A DNA stretch of 35,993 bases from an uncultured Ruminococcus sp. (GTDB lineage Bacteria > Bacillota > Clostridia > Oscillospirales > CAG-272). Position 1 is the first letter of the stretch; each line of letters starts with the position of its first letter. Positions 35,914 through 35,993 of the stretch are shown in pieces. The position numbers and the translations under genes were made by a program. The notes beneath the pieces were generated by a model that worked only from the letters and a program-made list of their open reading frames with translations, searched no databases and was not told the DNA's origin. The DNA lies in assembly GCA_964424525.1 (NCBI GenBank), contig CAYRJG010000002.1:1-35993 (forward strand), read 5' to 3'.

Positions 35914-35993
35914 GATCCGAGGTGCAATTTTAGATGTAAATATTTATATCTTTGCGACGTGACCGGCTCGTCGGCTAGCCCCTAAAAACTCGC

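Noticed and set aside
1-35993. Searched for integrase, transposase or recombinase genes, tRNA genes and direct-repeat att sites that would define a mobile element around the R-M cassette or the lipoprotein cluster.
   Set aside because: None could be identified in the ORF track or by eye. Mobility of these loci therefore remains an inference from composition only.

Overview
This window looks like chromosomal DNA from an endospore-forming Firmicute, probably a member of the Clostridia, because it carries a complete spoIIIAA-AH operon. From left to right I see the following. (1) An oxidative-branch TCA operon: an HMGL-type (Re-type) citrate synthase, an embedded GntR regulator, aconitase and isocitrate dehydrogenase, behind a consensus sigma-A promoter and a GntR-style palindrome. 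(2) A GC-rich, highly structured roughly 250-nt intergenic element between convergent genes, which I cannot assign to any RNA family. (3) nagA-tcdA on the minus strand and a YifB/ComM ATPase. (4) A two-gene operon for giant secreted proteins of 1076 and 1303 aa. Both carry a LamG-like module, and the second also has a copper-amine-oxidase-N-like domain and a heparinase II/III-like domain. This operon is convergent with kdgK. (5) A gene for an AbrB-family regulator, divergent from spoIIIAA-AH. (6) The most unusual locus: three tandem paralogous lipoprotein genes (23787-29363). Each is built from about 15-20 copies of a 21-aa Cys/His/Asp-rich unit, C-x2-[C/H]-x-D-x-D-K-[N/D]-G-x-C-D-x-C-G, followed by a shared non-repetitive C-terminal domain of about 190 aa. 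I do not recognise this as a named family. (7) A YgjV-like membrane protein, an SPFH/band-7 protein with a small RHH protein, a bacterial PH-domain membrane protein and a ureidoglycolate-lyase-like protein. (8) A visibly more AT-rich GATC-type (DpnII/MboI-like) restriction-modification cassette in M-R-M order. Its endonuclease gene carries an in-frame TAA at codon 15, and its Dam-like methylase is fused to an N-terminal HTH domain. I found no rRNA, tRNA, CRISPR array, transposase or integrase. All calls rest on motif recognition and manual reading of the sequence; no database search was run.
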